From Porticoccaceae bacterium (lineage in GTDB: Bacteria; Pseudomonadota; Gammaproteobacteria; Pseudomonadales; Porticoccaceae), in assembly GCA_051306415.1 (NCBI GenBank), contig JBPPNE010000074.1, positions 1-57,836 of the forward strand: DNA of 57,836 bases, given 5' to 3'. A model generated the notes under the pieces. It did no database searches and was not told the origin of the DNA. It saw only the letters and a program-made list of their open reading frames with translations. Position numbers and translations under genes: made by a program. Each line of letters opens with the position of its first letter. Position 1 is the stretch's first letter. Shown here piece after piece: positions 35,342 to 43,747 of the stretch.

Positions 35342-35575
35342 TCACTTCTTCTTTTGCGTGACGAGCCATGCCACGAAGCCGACCAACGCGATGACAACCA
35401 GGATCGGCAACCATATCCCGCCGTATCCACCCATCCAGCCGAAGCCATAGCCATCCATCATGCCGCCCATGCCGTATCCGCCTTGCGACGGTTGAGCCAG
35501 TGCTGTTGTTGTAACAATCGTTGCACCTATCAGTGCGGCAGCGCTCAAAGTCTTGCGAAGGTTCATGCGTTTCAT
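35342..35575 (-). CDS. small exported Gly/Met/Tyr-rich protein with C-terminal TM anchor
   Basis: ATG at 35575 after GGAG. The product is MKRMNLRKTLSAAALIGATIVTTTALA / QPSQGGYGMGGMMDGYGFGWMGGYGG / IWLPILVVIALVGFVAWLV / TQKKK. Confidence 0.5.
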   Translation of the reverse strand: MKRMNLRKTLSAAALIGATIVTTTALAQPSQGGYGMGGMMDGYGFGWMGGYGGIWLPILVVIALVGFVAWLVTQKKK

Positions 35576-35679
35576 AGCTAAACTCCATTCAGAGATTATT
35601 GCGGGATAGTTTCTTATAGACGCAGACTTTTTCACCGTCTGTACGCCGCCGCACATAATGCCTTTATGCCCTGTTATTG

Positions 35680-37614
35680 CTATTTTTCCAGTCTCAGCAA
35701 TCGCGCGTTGATGGCCACAATCACTGTACTTGCGGCCATCAACGCTGCACCCACTGCCGGGGTGAGCACCATGCCCCACGCGTAAAGCGCGCCGGCCGCT
35801 AACGGAATCGCGACGACATTGTAGCCGGTGGCCCAGGCCAGATTCTGTATCATTTTCCGATACGTGGCCCGGGAAAGCTGCACGATGGCCACAACGTCCA
35901 GCGGGTTGCTGCGTACCAGAATCACGTCGGCGGTTTCCACCGCCACATCGGAACCGGCACCGATGGCGATACCCACGTCGGCCTGCGCCAGCGCCGGAGC
36001 ATCGTTCACGCCGTCACCGGTCATGGCCACCCTCACCCCGCGTGATTGCACTTCTTTCACTTTGGCGGCCTTGTCCTGAGGCAGAACTTCGGCGAAATAT
36101 TCATCCAGCCCGATCTGATCCGAAACCCACTGCGCCGTCGCTTTGTTATCGCCGGTGAGCATCATGCAGCGGATGTTCATCGCCTTGAGGGCAGCTATGG
36201 CTTGCTTCGCCTCGGGCCGGACGATGTCGGCCAGTGCGATCGCGCCTTTCAACTGACCGTCCACGAGCACAAACACGACCGTTTTGCCCTGGGCTTGCAG
36301 CGGCTCGACGCTTTTGTCGTCAAACGCGATGTTCTGTTCGCGCAAGAAGCCTGGACTGACCACTTTGATGTCTTTGCCATCGACCCTGCCTTCTGCGCCT
36401 TTGCCGGTGATGCTTTTGAAGCCTTCAACCGGTAGCTTCTGCTCGTAAGCATCAGCGATAGCTTTGGCGATGGGATGCTCGGAATTCGCGTCCACCGAGG
36501 CCGCGTATTTGCGCAGCGTGTCTTCGTCGATGTCCTGCGCCAGCAGCAGCGTGTCGGTCACGCCAAAGCGGCCCTCGGTCAGCGTGCCGGTCTTGTCAAA
36601 GATGATGGCTTGCAATTTCCGCGCACCCTCGAAAGCGCCGCGATTGCGAATCAGCAGGCCGTTGCTCGCGGCCAGTGCCGTGGAGACGGCTACTACCAAC
36701 GGCACCGCCAGACCGAGCGCATGCGGGCAGGTGATCACCATCACAGTCACGGCGCGCTCGATGGCAAACGCGAATTCCTTGTTCATGAAATACAGCCAGA
36801 TGAATAAGGTAATGACTCCGGAACTCAGCCCAATGATGGTGAGCCACATCGCGGCGGTATCGGCGAGGTTTTGCGTCTTCGATTTGCTTTCCTGCGCCTG
36901 CTTCACCAGGTTGATGACCTGCGACAAAAACGAATCCTTGCCAGTACCTTTGACTTCGATAGTCAGCGAGCCTTCGCCGTTGATGGCGCCGCCGATGACT
37001 TTGCCGCCGCTCTTCTTGCTGACCGGGGTCGATTCCCCGGTGAGCATCGCCTCATTGACCGAACTCTCGCCGTCGACGATCACACCGTCCGCAGGGATTT
37101 TTTCACCCGGCTTGATCAGCACCCTGTCATCAACTGTCAGTTCGCCCAGCGGCACGTCTTTCACGCTGCCGTCGGGCATGAGTTTGTGTGCATCGGAAGG
37201 CATCAGTTTCGCCAATGCCTCCAGCGCCTTGGATGCGCCCATCACCGACTTCATTTCGATCCAGTGCCCGAGCAGCATGATGTCTACCAGCGTGGCCAAT
37301 TCCCAGAAGAACATCTTGCCGATCAGGCCGAACACCACGGCGCTGCTGTATGCATAAGCGGTGGTGATCGCGACGGCGACCAGCGTCATCATCCCAGGCT
37401 TGCGGGCCTTAAGCTCATCGAACAAGCCCTTGAGGAACGGCCAGCCGCCATACCAGAATACCGCCGAGGCAAAGCCGAACAGGACGTAGGTGTCGCCCGA
37501 GAAACTGATGGCTTCGCGCAAGCCCACCAGTTTTTGCAGCAGCGGCGAGAGAACGAGTATCGGCAACGTCAGGGCCAGCGAGATCCAGAAGCGTTTCCTA
37601 AAATCTGCCGCCAT
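35680..37614 (-). CDS. copB: P1B-type heavy-metal ATPase, CPH (CopB-like, P1B-3) class; N-terminal domain apparently split off by a frame change
   Basis: 644 aa with TCPHALGLAVP (CPH), [10 protein letters not shown] and MTGDGVNDAPAL. In the same frame, 13 codons upstream of the ATG still encode ...PPAGHDHHAH (a His-rich CopB-type remnant) after a TGA at 37654-37656. Confidence 0.85.
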   Translation of the reverse strand: MAADFRKRFWISLALTLPILVLSPLLQKLVGLREAISFSGDTYVLFGFASAVFWYGGWPFLKGLFDELKARKPGMMTLVAVAITTAYAYSSAVVFGLIGKMFFWELATLVDIMLLGHWIEMKSVMGASKALEALAKLMPSDAHKLMPDGSVKDVPLGELTVDDRVLIKPGEKIPADGVIVDGESSVNEAMLTGESTPVSKKSGGKVIGGAINGEGSLTIEVKGTGKDSFLSQVINLVKQAQESKSKTQNLADTAAMWLTIIGLSSGVITLFIWLYFMNKEFAFAIERAVTVMVITCPHALGLAVPLVVAVSTALAASNGLLIRNRGAFEGARKLQAIIFDKTGTLTEGRFGVTDTLLLAQDIDEDTLRKYAASVDANSEHPIAKAIADAYEQKLPVEGFKSITGKGAEGRVDGKDIKVVSPGFLREQNIAFDDKSVEPLQAQGKTVVFVLVDGQLKGAIALADIVRPEAKQAIAALKAMNIRCMMLTGDNKATAQWVSDQIGLDEYFAEVLPQDKAAKVKEVQSRGVRVAMTGDGVNDAPALAQADVGIAIGAGSDVAVETADVILVRSNPLDVVAIVQLSRATYRKMIQNLAWATGYNVVAIPLAAGALYAWGMVLTPAVGAALMAASTVIVAINARLLRLEK

Positions 37615-38357
37615 GTGGGCATGATGGTCGTGTCCGGCGGGGGGGCTTTCGACTCAGCGTCCACGGGTGTTGAGGGCTGTGTGCCCGACGCCGCGTGACC
37701 CTTGTGGCCGCCAGCTGCGGGAGTGGCCGGCGCGGGTTCTGGCTCAGCGGCGGACGCGCCTGGGGCAGCTTTCGGCGCATCGGCTGCGGGCGTTGAAGTC
37801 TGCGCGCCCGGTTCCACCTTGCCCTTGTCTTCGCCGGCAAAGGTATCCCTTACCCAAGCGGTAACCTTGCCAAGTGCCCCCGACTCCTCATGGTCCCTGT
37901 GTTCGTCGGCTGGAGAAGCGGCAGGCGTGGATGCCGGAGTGGCGGCGGAAGCGCCCGTAGGAGGTTTCGGCTCAGCGACAACGAATGTTGACGGCGGCGT
38001 ACTCGGCGGCGCTTGGTCGCTTTTCCCGCCACCTGCTGAAGCGGCAGGCGTGGGGGCGTCAACAGGCGCGTCCTGGGATGGTTTCGGCTCGGCGGCTGCG
38101 GCTGCGGACGGTGGCGCGTCCGGCACCACTTTGTCCTGTGGTCCGTCGCCTGCGGGCTGCTTCCCGCGTTGGTGCACGAGTACCTTGATATCGGCGACGT
38201 TGAGCAGGGTTTCGTCGTAGCGCACCGTGGCGTTTCCCGCAGCGTAATTCACTGTCGCGCTTTCGATACCCGGCACCTCGCCAAACCGCTTTTCCACTTC
38301 GTCCACGGTCAACACCGACAGCATGTCGTGCACTTCAATAACGCTCGTTTTCATCAC
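37569..38357 (-). CDS. Cys-less HMA-like domain protein 1 with a long Ala/Pro-rich tail (possibly the N-terminal part of CopB)
   Basis: The product is MMKTSVIEVHDMLSVLTVDEVEKRFGEVPGIESATVNYAAGNATVRYDETLLNVADIKVLVHQRG plus a ~190-aa low-complexity tail containing GGHKGHAASG. The 3' end overlaps copB out of frame. Confidence 0.7.
   Translation of the reverse strand: MMKTSVIEVHDMLSVLTVDEVEKRFGEVPGIESATVNYAAGNATVRYDETLLNVADIKVLVHQRGKQPAGDGPQDKVVPDAPPSAAAAAEPKPSQDAPVDAPTPAASAGGGKSDQAPPSTPPSTFVVAEPKPPTGASAATPASTPAASPADEHRDHEESGALGKVTAWVRDTFAGEDKGKVEPGAQTSTPAADAPKAAPGASAAEPEPAPATPAAGGHKGHAASGTQPSTPVDAESKAPPPDTTIMPTWRQILGNASGSRWP
37639..37645 (-). other. C7 homopolymer (C CCC CCG in the upstream frame): candidate -1 frameshift or indel site joining ORF 37569-38357 to copB
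   Basis: The plus strand has GGGGGGG at 37639-37645. A -1 shift, or one extra C, turns ...AESKAPP into ...AESKAPPAGHDHHAHMAADFRKRFW (the copB frame). Confidence 0.5.
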
Positions 38358-38797
38358 TCCTCCTTTGCGGCTACGGATGTTGATGGCGGCGCAGCCGGCG
38401 CCGCTTTGTCCTGTTGCCCGTCGCCTGCAGGAACAGCCGGCTTGGGCGCAGCGGCAGGCGCGACCGGGGCAGCTTTCAGCATAGCGGGTTCGGACGGTGA
38501 AGCGGCGGCCGGCGCCGCTTCCAGCGTTGGTTCTACAGCATGCTTATGTGCTGGCTTGTCTTCGCTCTCATCCTTGGCTTTGGATTCGCCTGCGGGCCGC
38601 TTCCCGTGTTGGTGCACGAGCACCTTGATACCGGCGACATCGAGCCGGGTTTCGTCGTAGCGCACCGTGGCGTTTCCCGCAGCGTAATTGACCGTCGCGC
38701 TTTCGACACCCGGCACCTCGCAAATCCGCTTTTCCACTTCGTCCACAGTCAGTACAGACAGCATGTCGTGTACTTCAATAACGCTCGTTTTCATCAC
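38354..38797 (-). CDS. Cys-less HMA-like domain protein 2
   Basis: 147 aa with the same N-terminal 65-aa domain. The tail contains DKPAHKHAVEPT. ATGA overlaps occur at both ends. Confidence 0.7.
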   Translation of the reverse strand: MMKTSVIEVHDMLSVLTVDEVEKRICEVPGVESATVNYAAGNATVRYDETRLDVAGIKVLVHQHGKRPAGESKAKDESEDKPAHKHAVEPTLEAAPAAASPSEPAMLKAAPVAPAAAPKPAVPAGDGQQDKAAPAAPPSTSVAAKEE

Positions 38798-39234
38798 TCA
38801 TCCTTAGCGGCTGCGGGTGTTGACGGCGGCGCAGCCGGCGCCTCATTGTCCTGTTGCCCGTCGCTTGCAGGAGCTGCCGGCTTGGGCGCGGTGGCAGGCG
38901 CGACCGGGGCAGCTTTCGGCACAGCGGGTTCGGGCGGTGAAGCGGAGGCCGGCGCCGCTTCCTGCGTTGGTTCTACAGCATGCATATGTGCGGGCTTGTC
39001 TTCGCTCTCATCCTTGGGTTGGGATTCGCCTGCGGACTGCTGCCCGCGTTGGTGTATGAGTACCTTGATATCGGCGACTTCGAGCAGGGTTTCGTCGTAG
39101 CGCACCGTGGCGTTTCCCACAGCGTAATTGACCGTAGCGCTTGCTACACCCGGCACCTCGCCAATTCGCTTTTCCACTTCGTCCACGGTCAATACCGACA
39201 GCATGTCGGTTACTTCAATAATGCTGGTTTTCAT
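38794..39234 (-). CDS. Cys-less HMA-like domain protein 3
   Basis: 146 aa: MKTSIIEVTDMLSVLTVDEVEKRIGEVPGVASATVNYAVGNATVRYDE.... The tail contains DKPAHMHAVEPT. Confidence 0.7.
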   Translation of the reverse strand: MKTSIIEVTDMLSVLTVDEVEKRIGEVPGVASATVNYAVGNATVRYDETLLEVADIKVLIHQRGQQSAGESQPKDESEDKPAHMHAVEPTQEAAPASASPPEPAVPKAAPVAPATAPKPAAPASDGQQDNEAPAAPPSTPAAAKDE

Positions 39235-39284
39235 ATCGCCTCCTTAATGGTCTTCATATTTGAAATGTTTTGTTACATCTCCGA

Positions 39285-42200
39285 TCATTTCGCGAGCTGG
39301 CCGTTTTGTGCGCGCGCCTGCATAACTTGCGTAAAAGTGTGACTCACCAATTTGCGCAGTTCGCTGACCCACAGCACCACGCTGGCCATCGCCATGCACA
39401 GCAGCCACTGGTCGAACGCCAGCGGCACCGTACCGAAGGCAAGGTTGAGGAAGGCGAGGTTGACGACTGCCACCTGCAACAGCGCCGACAGTGCAACCGC
39501 GCCCCACAGCCACGGGTTGACGAACAGGTGCCTGAACGCACTCGTCGTGTCCGAGCGCGCGTTGAAGCAGGTGAATAAGCTGGTGAAGACGAGTACCGTA
39601 AAACCTGCGGTGCGGGCAGTTTTGAGGTCGTATGCGCCCTCGATCAGCCCACCAGGCAGGTAGATGTCGATCGTCAGCAGCGTCACCACGGCTATCACCA
39701 CGCCGGTTTGGATCACATTCGCCCACATGCGGACGTCAATCAACCGCTCGCTTAAGTGCCGCGGCTTGCGGGCCATGAGGTCGTCAGTGGGCGGGTCGAC
39801 GCCCATCGCGAGCGCAGGCCCGGAGTCGGTGATCAGGTTGATCCACAGGATCTGCGTGGCGAGCAGCGGCAGCACTACTGCGCCGCCAGCGCCTTTGAGC
39901 CCAATCACGCCGGCCCCTACCACGCCCAGGAAGACCGTCAGCACCTCGCCCATGTTCGAGGACAGCAGGTAGCGCAGGAACTTGCGGATGTTGTCGACAA
40001 TGTCGCGCCCTTCGCGCACAGCCTCGACGATCGTGGCGAAGTTGTCGTCGGCGAGGATCATCTTGGCCGCTTCCTTCGTCACCTCGGTCCCGGTCACACC
40101 CATCGCGACGCCGATGTCAGCCGACTTCAGCGCGGGTGCATCGTTGACGCCGTCGCCGGTCATCGCGACGATGTTTCCGTCGGCCTGCAGTGCGTCGACG
40201 ATGCGCAGCTTGTGCGCGGGCGACACCCGTGCGTAGACGGACGTCTTGCGCACTGCGTCGGCGAAGCCCGCGCCGTCCAGCGCGTCGAGCTCCGCCCCCG
40301 TCAGCGCCGGGGCACCGGCCTCCACGATCCCAAGGTCGGCGGCGATGCGTGCGGCGGTGCGCGGGTGGTCGCCGGTAATCATGATCACCCGGATGCCAGC
40401 CCGATGGGCCTCGCGAATGGCAACCGCCGCCTCCTCGCGCGGCGGGTCGATGATGCCCACGGTGCCCACGAACACGAGGTCACGTTCGAGCGATTCCGTG
40501 ACTTGCGGGTCCTCACCGGGGCCGAGGGGGCGGTAGGCCACGGCCAGGGTGCGCAGCGCCGCGTCTGAAAGCGTGTCGACGTCAGCCAGGAGCCGCGCCC
40601 GCCGCGCGTCATCGAGGTCGACGAGTTCCATCCCCACCCGCGCCCGGGTGCACCGTTCGAGTAGGACATCCGGGGCACCCTTGGTGATCACCACAACCTC
40701 GTCGTTGTGTTCGTGGTCCAGTTCGATCGTCGACATCATCTTGCGCTCGGACGTGAACGGGATTTCGCCGATGCGCTCGAAACGCCGCTCGCGCTGCTCG
40801 GTGACGCCGAGTTTGCGCTCGGCCACCAGGAATGCCGCTTCGGTGGGGTCGCCGTGAATCTCCCACTCGCCCCCCGCCCCCTGGCGCAGGTCGGCGTTGC
40901 CGGCCAGGCTGCCGCCGCTGAGCACCGCGATTTGCTCGTCATGCAGCGGTCCGGCAGTTAGCTCAGCGCCTTCGTGCTCCACCCGCCCCTGAGGCGCGTA
41001 CCCCACCCCGGTGACATGGGTGCCGCCCGAGGCGGTCATCACCCGTACGATGGTCATTTCCCCACGGGTCAGGGTGCCGGTCTTGTCCGAGGCGATGACC
41101 GATGCGGAGCCCAGCGTCTCCACCGACGACAACTTTTTGACGATCGCGTTGTGCTTCGCCATCCGCTGCACCCCCAGGGCGAGCACCACCGACAGGATCG
41201 CCGGCAGCCCCTCGGGCACAGCCGCCACCGCCAGGGCCACGCCGAGCAGCAAGACGTGAATGACATCGGCGGCGCTGCGGATATCGGAGATCAGCAGGAT
41301 GGTTCCCACCACCACCACGGCAATGATGACGATCGCTATGCCGAGCATGCGCCCGATGCGTCCGACTTCCTTCTCCAACGGTGTCGGCTCGTCCGCGGTG
41401 GCCTCAAGCATTGCGGCAATCGAACCCATCTCGGTGTCCATCCCGGTCGCCGTGATCACGGCCCGGCCCGCGCCCTGCGCCACAGCCGTGCCCTTGAAGA
41501 CCATGTCGAACCGGTCGCCGAGCGCCGCCGCCTCGCGCAGCGTGGCCGCATCCTTGAGCACGGCTTCACTCTCGCCGGTCAGAGAGGCTTCCTGCACGCG
41601 CAGTGAGGTGGCCTCGATCAGGCGCGCATCCGCCCCGATGGCGTCACCTTCACCGAGCGCGAGCAAGTCCCCGAGCACCAGTTCCGCGCTGGGCACACGC
41701 AGCAACTGTCCGTCACGCATGACCGCCGAGGTTACGGCGGTCATCCGTGCCAGTGCGGCGACGGCGTTCTGTGCCTTGGCTTCCTGCATAAAGCCCAGCA
41801 CCCCATTGAACAAGACAACGATCGTGATAACAATCGCATCCACCGGCCAGCCCTTCGTGCCCTCAATGATCCAGGCGACGAGGGCGATGGCGATGGCGAC
41901 GAGCAGCAGATAAACCAGGGGATCATGGAAGTGCGACAGGAAGCGAAGCCACGCTGGCCGCCGCGGAGCAGAGCGGAGTTCGTTGCGGCCGTTTTCCGAA
42001 AGACGGCGCGACGCCTCCTGTGAAGTGAGTCCGTTTTCGAGGTCTGCGCCAAAAGCTCTCGCTACTTCGTCAGCATTTTTGACGGAAGGATCATCGAGAC
42101 TGCCTGCCTTCTCCATGGTGGATGCGGGAGTCATAGCGGGTGCGGGGGATGGAGGCGGCGCACCCGGCGCCGTGTGGCTCGCGTGGCCGTCGACTGCGGG

Positions 42201-42530
42201 AGCGGTCGGCGCAGGCACAGCAGCTATGGGCGTTGAAACGGAGGCCGGAGCCGCTTCCGGCGTTGGTGCTACAGCATGCTTTTGTGCGGGCTCGTGTTTG
42301 CTCACATGCTTGGGTAGGCGTTCGTCTGCGGACTGATGCCCGCGTTGGTGCACAATCACCTTGATATCGGCTACTTCGAGTAGGGTTTCGTCGTAACGTA
42401 CCGTGGCGTTTCCCGCGGCGTAATTCACTGTCGCGCTTTCGACACCCGGCACCTCGCCAATCCGCCTTTCCACTTCTTCCACACTCAATACCGACAGCAT
42501 GGCGCGCACTTCAATAACGCTCGTTTTCAT
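39285..42530 (-). CDS. P2A-type (SERCA/Ca-ATPase-like) cation pump with an N-terminal Cys-less HMA-like domain (copy 4)
   Basis: ATG at 42530 after AAGGAG: MKTSVIEVRAMLSVLSVEEVERRIGEVPGVESATVNYAAGNATVRYDE, then an Ala/Pro linker, then Cation_ATPase_N-like LTSQEASRRLSENGRNEL. DKTGTLT, PEGLPA, YLLSSNMGEV, NLITDSGPALA and TGDGVNDAPALK are all present. Confidence 0.85.
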   Translation of the reverse strand: MKTSVIEVRAMLSVLSVEEVERRIGEVPGVESATVNYAAGNATVRYDETLLEVADIKVIVHQRGHQSADERLPKHVSKHEPAQKHAVAPTPEAAPASVSTPIAAVPAPTAPAVDGHASHTAPGAPPPSPAPAMTPASTMEKAGSLDDPSVKNADEVARAFGADLENGLTSQEASRRLSENGRNELRSAPRRPAWLRFLSHFHDPLVYLLLVAIAIALVAWIIEGTKGWPVDAIVITIVVLFNGVLGFMQEAKAQNAVAALARMTAVTSAVMRDGQLLRVPSAELVLGDLLALGEGDAIGADARLIEATSLRVQEASLTGESEAVLKDAATLREAAALGDRFDMVFKGTAVAQGAGRAVITATGMDTEMGSIAAMLEATADEPTPLEKEVGRIGRMLGIAIVIIAVVVVGTILLISDIRSAADVIHVLLLGVALAVAAVPEGLPAILSVVLALGVQRMAKHNAIVKKLSSVETLGSASVIASDKTGTLTRGEMTIVRVMTASGGTHVTGVGYAPQGRVEHEGAELTAGPLHDEQIAVLSGGSLAGNADLRQGAGGEWEIHGDPTEAAFLVAERKLGVTEQRERRFERIGEIPFTSERKMMSTIELDHEHNDEVVVITKGAPDVLLERCTRARVGMELVDLDDARRARLLADVDTLSDAALRTLAVAYRPLGPGEDPQVTESLERDLVFVGTVGIIDPPREEAAVAIREAHRAGIRVIMITGDHPRTAARIAADLGIVEAGAPALTGAELDALDGAGFADAVRKTSVYARVSPAHKLRIVDALQADGNIVAMTGDGVNDAPALKSADIGVAMGVTGTEVTKEAAKMILADDNFATIVEAVREGRDIVDNIRKFLRYLLSSNMGEVLTVFLGVVGAGVIGLKGAGGAVVLPLLATQILWINLITDSGPALAMGVDPPTDDLMARKPRHLSERLIDVRMWANVIQTGVVIAVVTLLTIDIYLPGGLIEGAYDLKTARTAGFTVLVFTSLFTCFNARSDTTSAFRHLFVNPWLWGAVALSALLQVAVVNLAFLNLAFGTVPLAFDQWLLCMAMASVVLWVSELRKLVSHTFTQVMQARAQNGQLAK

Positions 42531-42598
42531 CGCAGCTCCTTGGTCGGCTTCATCTTGTGAATGCTTTGTTACATCGCCAATCTCTTCGCAAGCTGACC

Positions 42599-42652
42599 GT
42601 TTTCGAGGTGGCGCCAACCTCGTTATGGCAACTGTGCAACACGCGTGTCGGC
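42599..42652 (-). repeat. 54-nt conserved element immediately 3' of HMA-like gene 5 (copy A)
   Basis: 46/54 identical to 43694-43747 by hand alignment. It contains a hairpin CGAGGT-N7-ACCTCG (42604-42622). The stem is conserved between copies while two loop positions differ. Confidence 0.6.
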
Positions 42653-43138
42653 CTAGCTTTTGTTCGGCGCCGCTTTGTCTTGTTGTTTGTCGCCTGCAGG
42701 AGCAGCAGGCTTCGGCGCAGTGATCGCGGGAGCGGCGGCCGGCGCGGCCGGGGACGATTTCGGTGTTGTTGACGGCGCCGCTTTGTTTTGTTTCGCGGTG
42801 CCTGCGGAAGCAGTGTCCGCTGTGACAGGTGCGTCCGGGGGAGTTTTCGGCGCAGCGGGTGCGGGGGCTGCGGGCGGCGCGCCCGGCGCGGTGTGGCCTT
42901 CGTGACCGTCGCCCGCCGAAGCGGTGGCAGGCGCGGCGGACTCATACCCGCGTTGGCGCACGGCCGACTTGATATCGGCGACCTCGAGTCGGGTTTCGTC
43001 GTAGCGCACTGTGGCGCTTCCCGCAGCGAAATTCACCGTGGCGCTTTCGACACCCGGCACCTCGCCAAGCCGCTTTTCCACTTCGTCTACGGTCAGTACC
43101 GACAGCATGTCGCGCACTTCAATAACGCTCGTTTTCAT
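42653..43138 (-). CDS. Cys-less HMA-like domain protein 5
   Basis: 161 aa, RBS AAGGAGG: MKTSVIEVRDMLSVLTVDEVEKRLGEVPGVESATVNFAAGSATVRYDE.... The tail contains GDGHEGHTAPG. Confidence 0.7.
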   Translation of the reverse strand: MKTSVIEVRDMLSVLTVDEVEKRLGEVPGVESATVNFAAGSATVRYDETRLEVADIKSAVRQRGYESAAPATASAGDGHEGHTAPGAPPAAPAPAAPKTPPDAPVTADTASAGTAKQNKAAPSTTPKSSPAAPAAAPAITAPKPAAPAGDKQQDKAAPNKS

Positions 43139-43241
43139 CGTGCCTCCTTACTTAGTCGGCTTCATCTTCTGCGGGTCCGGCCGGATCAGCCGCTTATCCT
43201 TGCCGGTGTAGTGAAGCCGCCCGAGAAGATGAAGCACCACA

Positions 43242-43628
43242 CTAGTTTCCTTTTGGCTTATGTTTCTCGTAGCGCTCCGTATCGCCAGGTCCTTCTTCCC
43301 GAACCATTTCGCACACTGCCAAGGGTGTCGGTGCACCGGCACGCCAAAACCATCCCACGGGGAGAAAGCGATCGGTCTGGTTTGCGATTTCGCGCGTTGG
43401 CTGGAAGGACACTTCCAAACCAGATTCCACCTGCATAACTTCATCGGGAAGCGGCTGGAATTCACCAGTTTGTTCGTCGTGCATGTGCGGCATGAAAATG
43501 CCGAGTCTGTATTCAGACAGTCTGCGAAGCATCTCCTGGACTTCTGGAAGGTGGATTGCCTCCTGAGCAGTTCTCAACGCTTGTGGCAAACCACTGGCGT
43601 TTCCTTGTGAAACATTCGCTATCGTCAT
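43242..43628 (-). CDS. hypothetical 128-aa protein nested in the HMA-like array
   Basis: ATG at 43628 after AGGAG: MTIANVSQGNASGLPQALRTAQEAIHLPEVQEMLRRLSEYRLGIFMPHMHDEQTGEFQPLP.... No family recognised. Confidence 0.45.
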   Translation of the reverse strand: MTIANVSQGNASGLPQALRTAQEAIHLPEVQEMLRRLSEYRLGIFMPHMHDEQTGEFQPLPDEVMQVESGLEVSFQPTREIANQTDRFLPVGWFWRAGAPTPLAVCEMVREEGPGDTERYEKHKPKGN

Positions 43629-43693
43629 GATTCGCTCCTGCTTAGACGTTGTTGACCCATTCGAATTGGCCAGGTCAAGTGCCGAGTGCCCTT

Positions 43694-43747
43694 GTTTTCG
43701 AGGTAGCACCAACCTCGTTGTAGCAACTGCGCAAGACACGTGTCGTC
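43694..43747 (-). repeat. 54-nt conserved element immediately 3' of HMA-like gene 6 (copy B)
   Basis: See 42599-42652. The hairpin here is CGAGGT-agcacca-ACCTCG. Confidence 0.6.
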
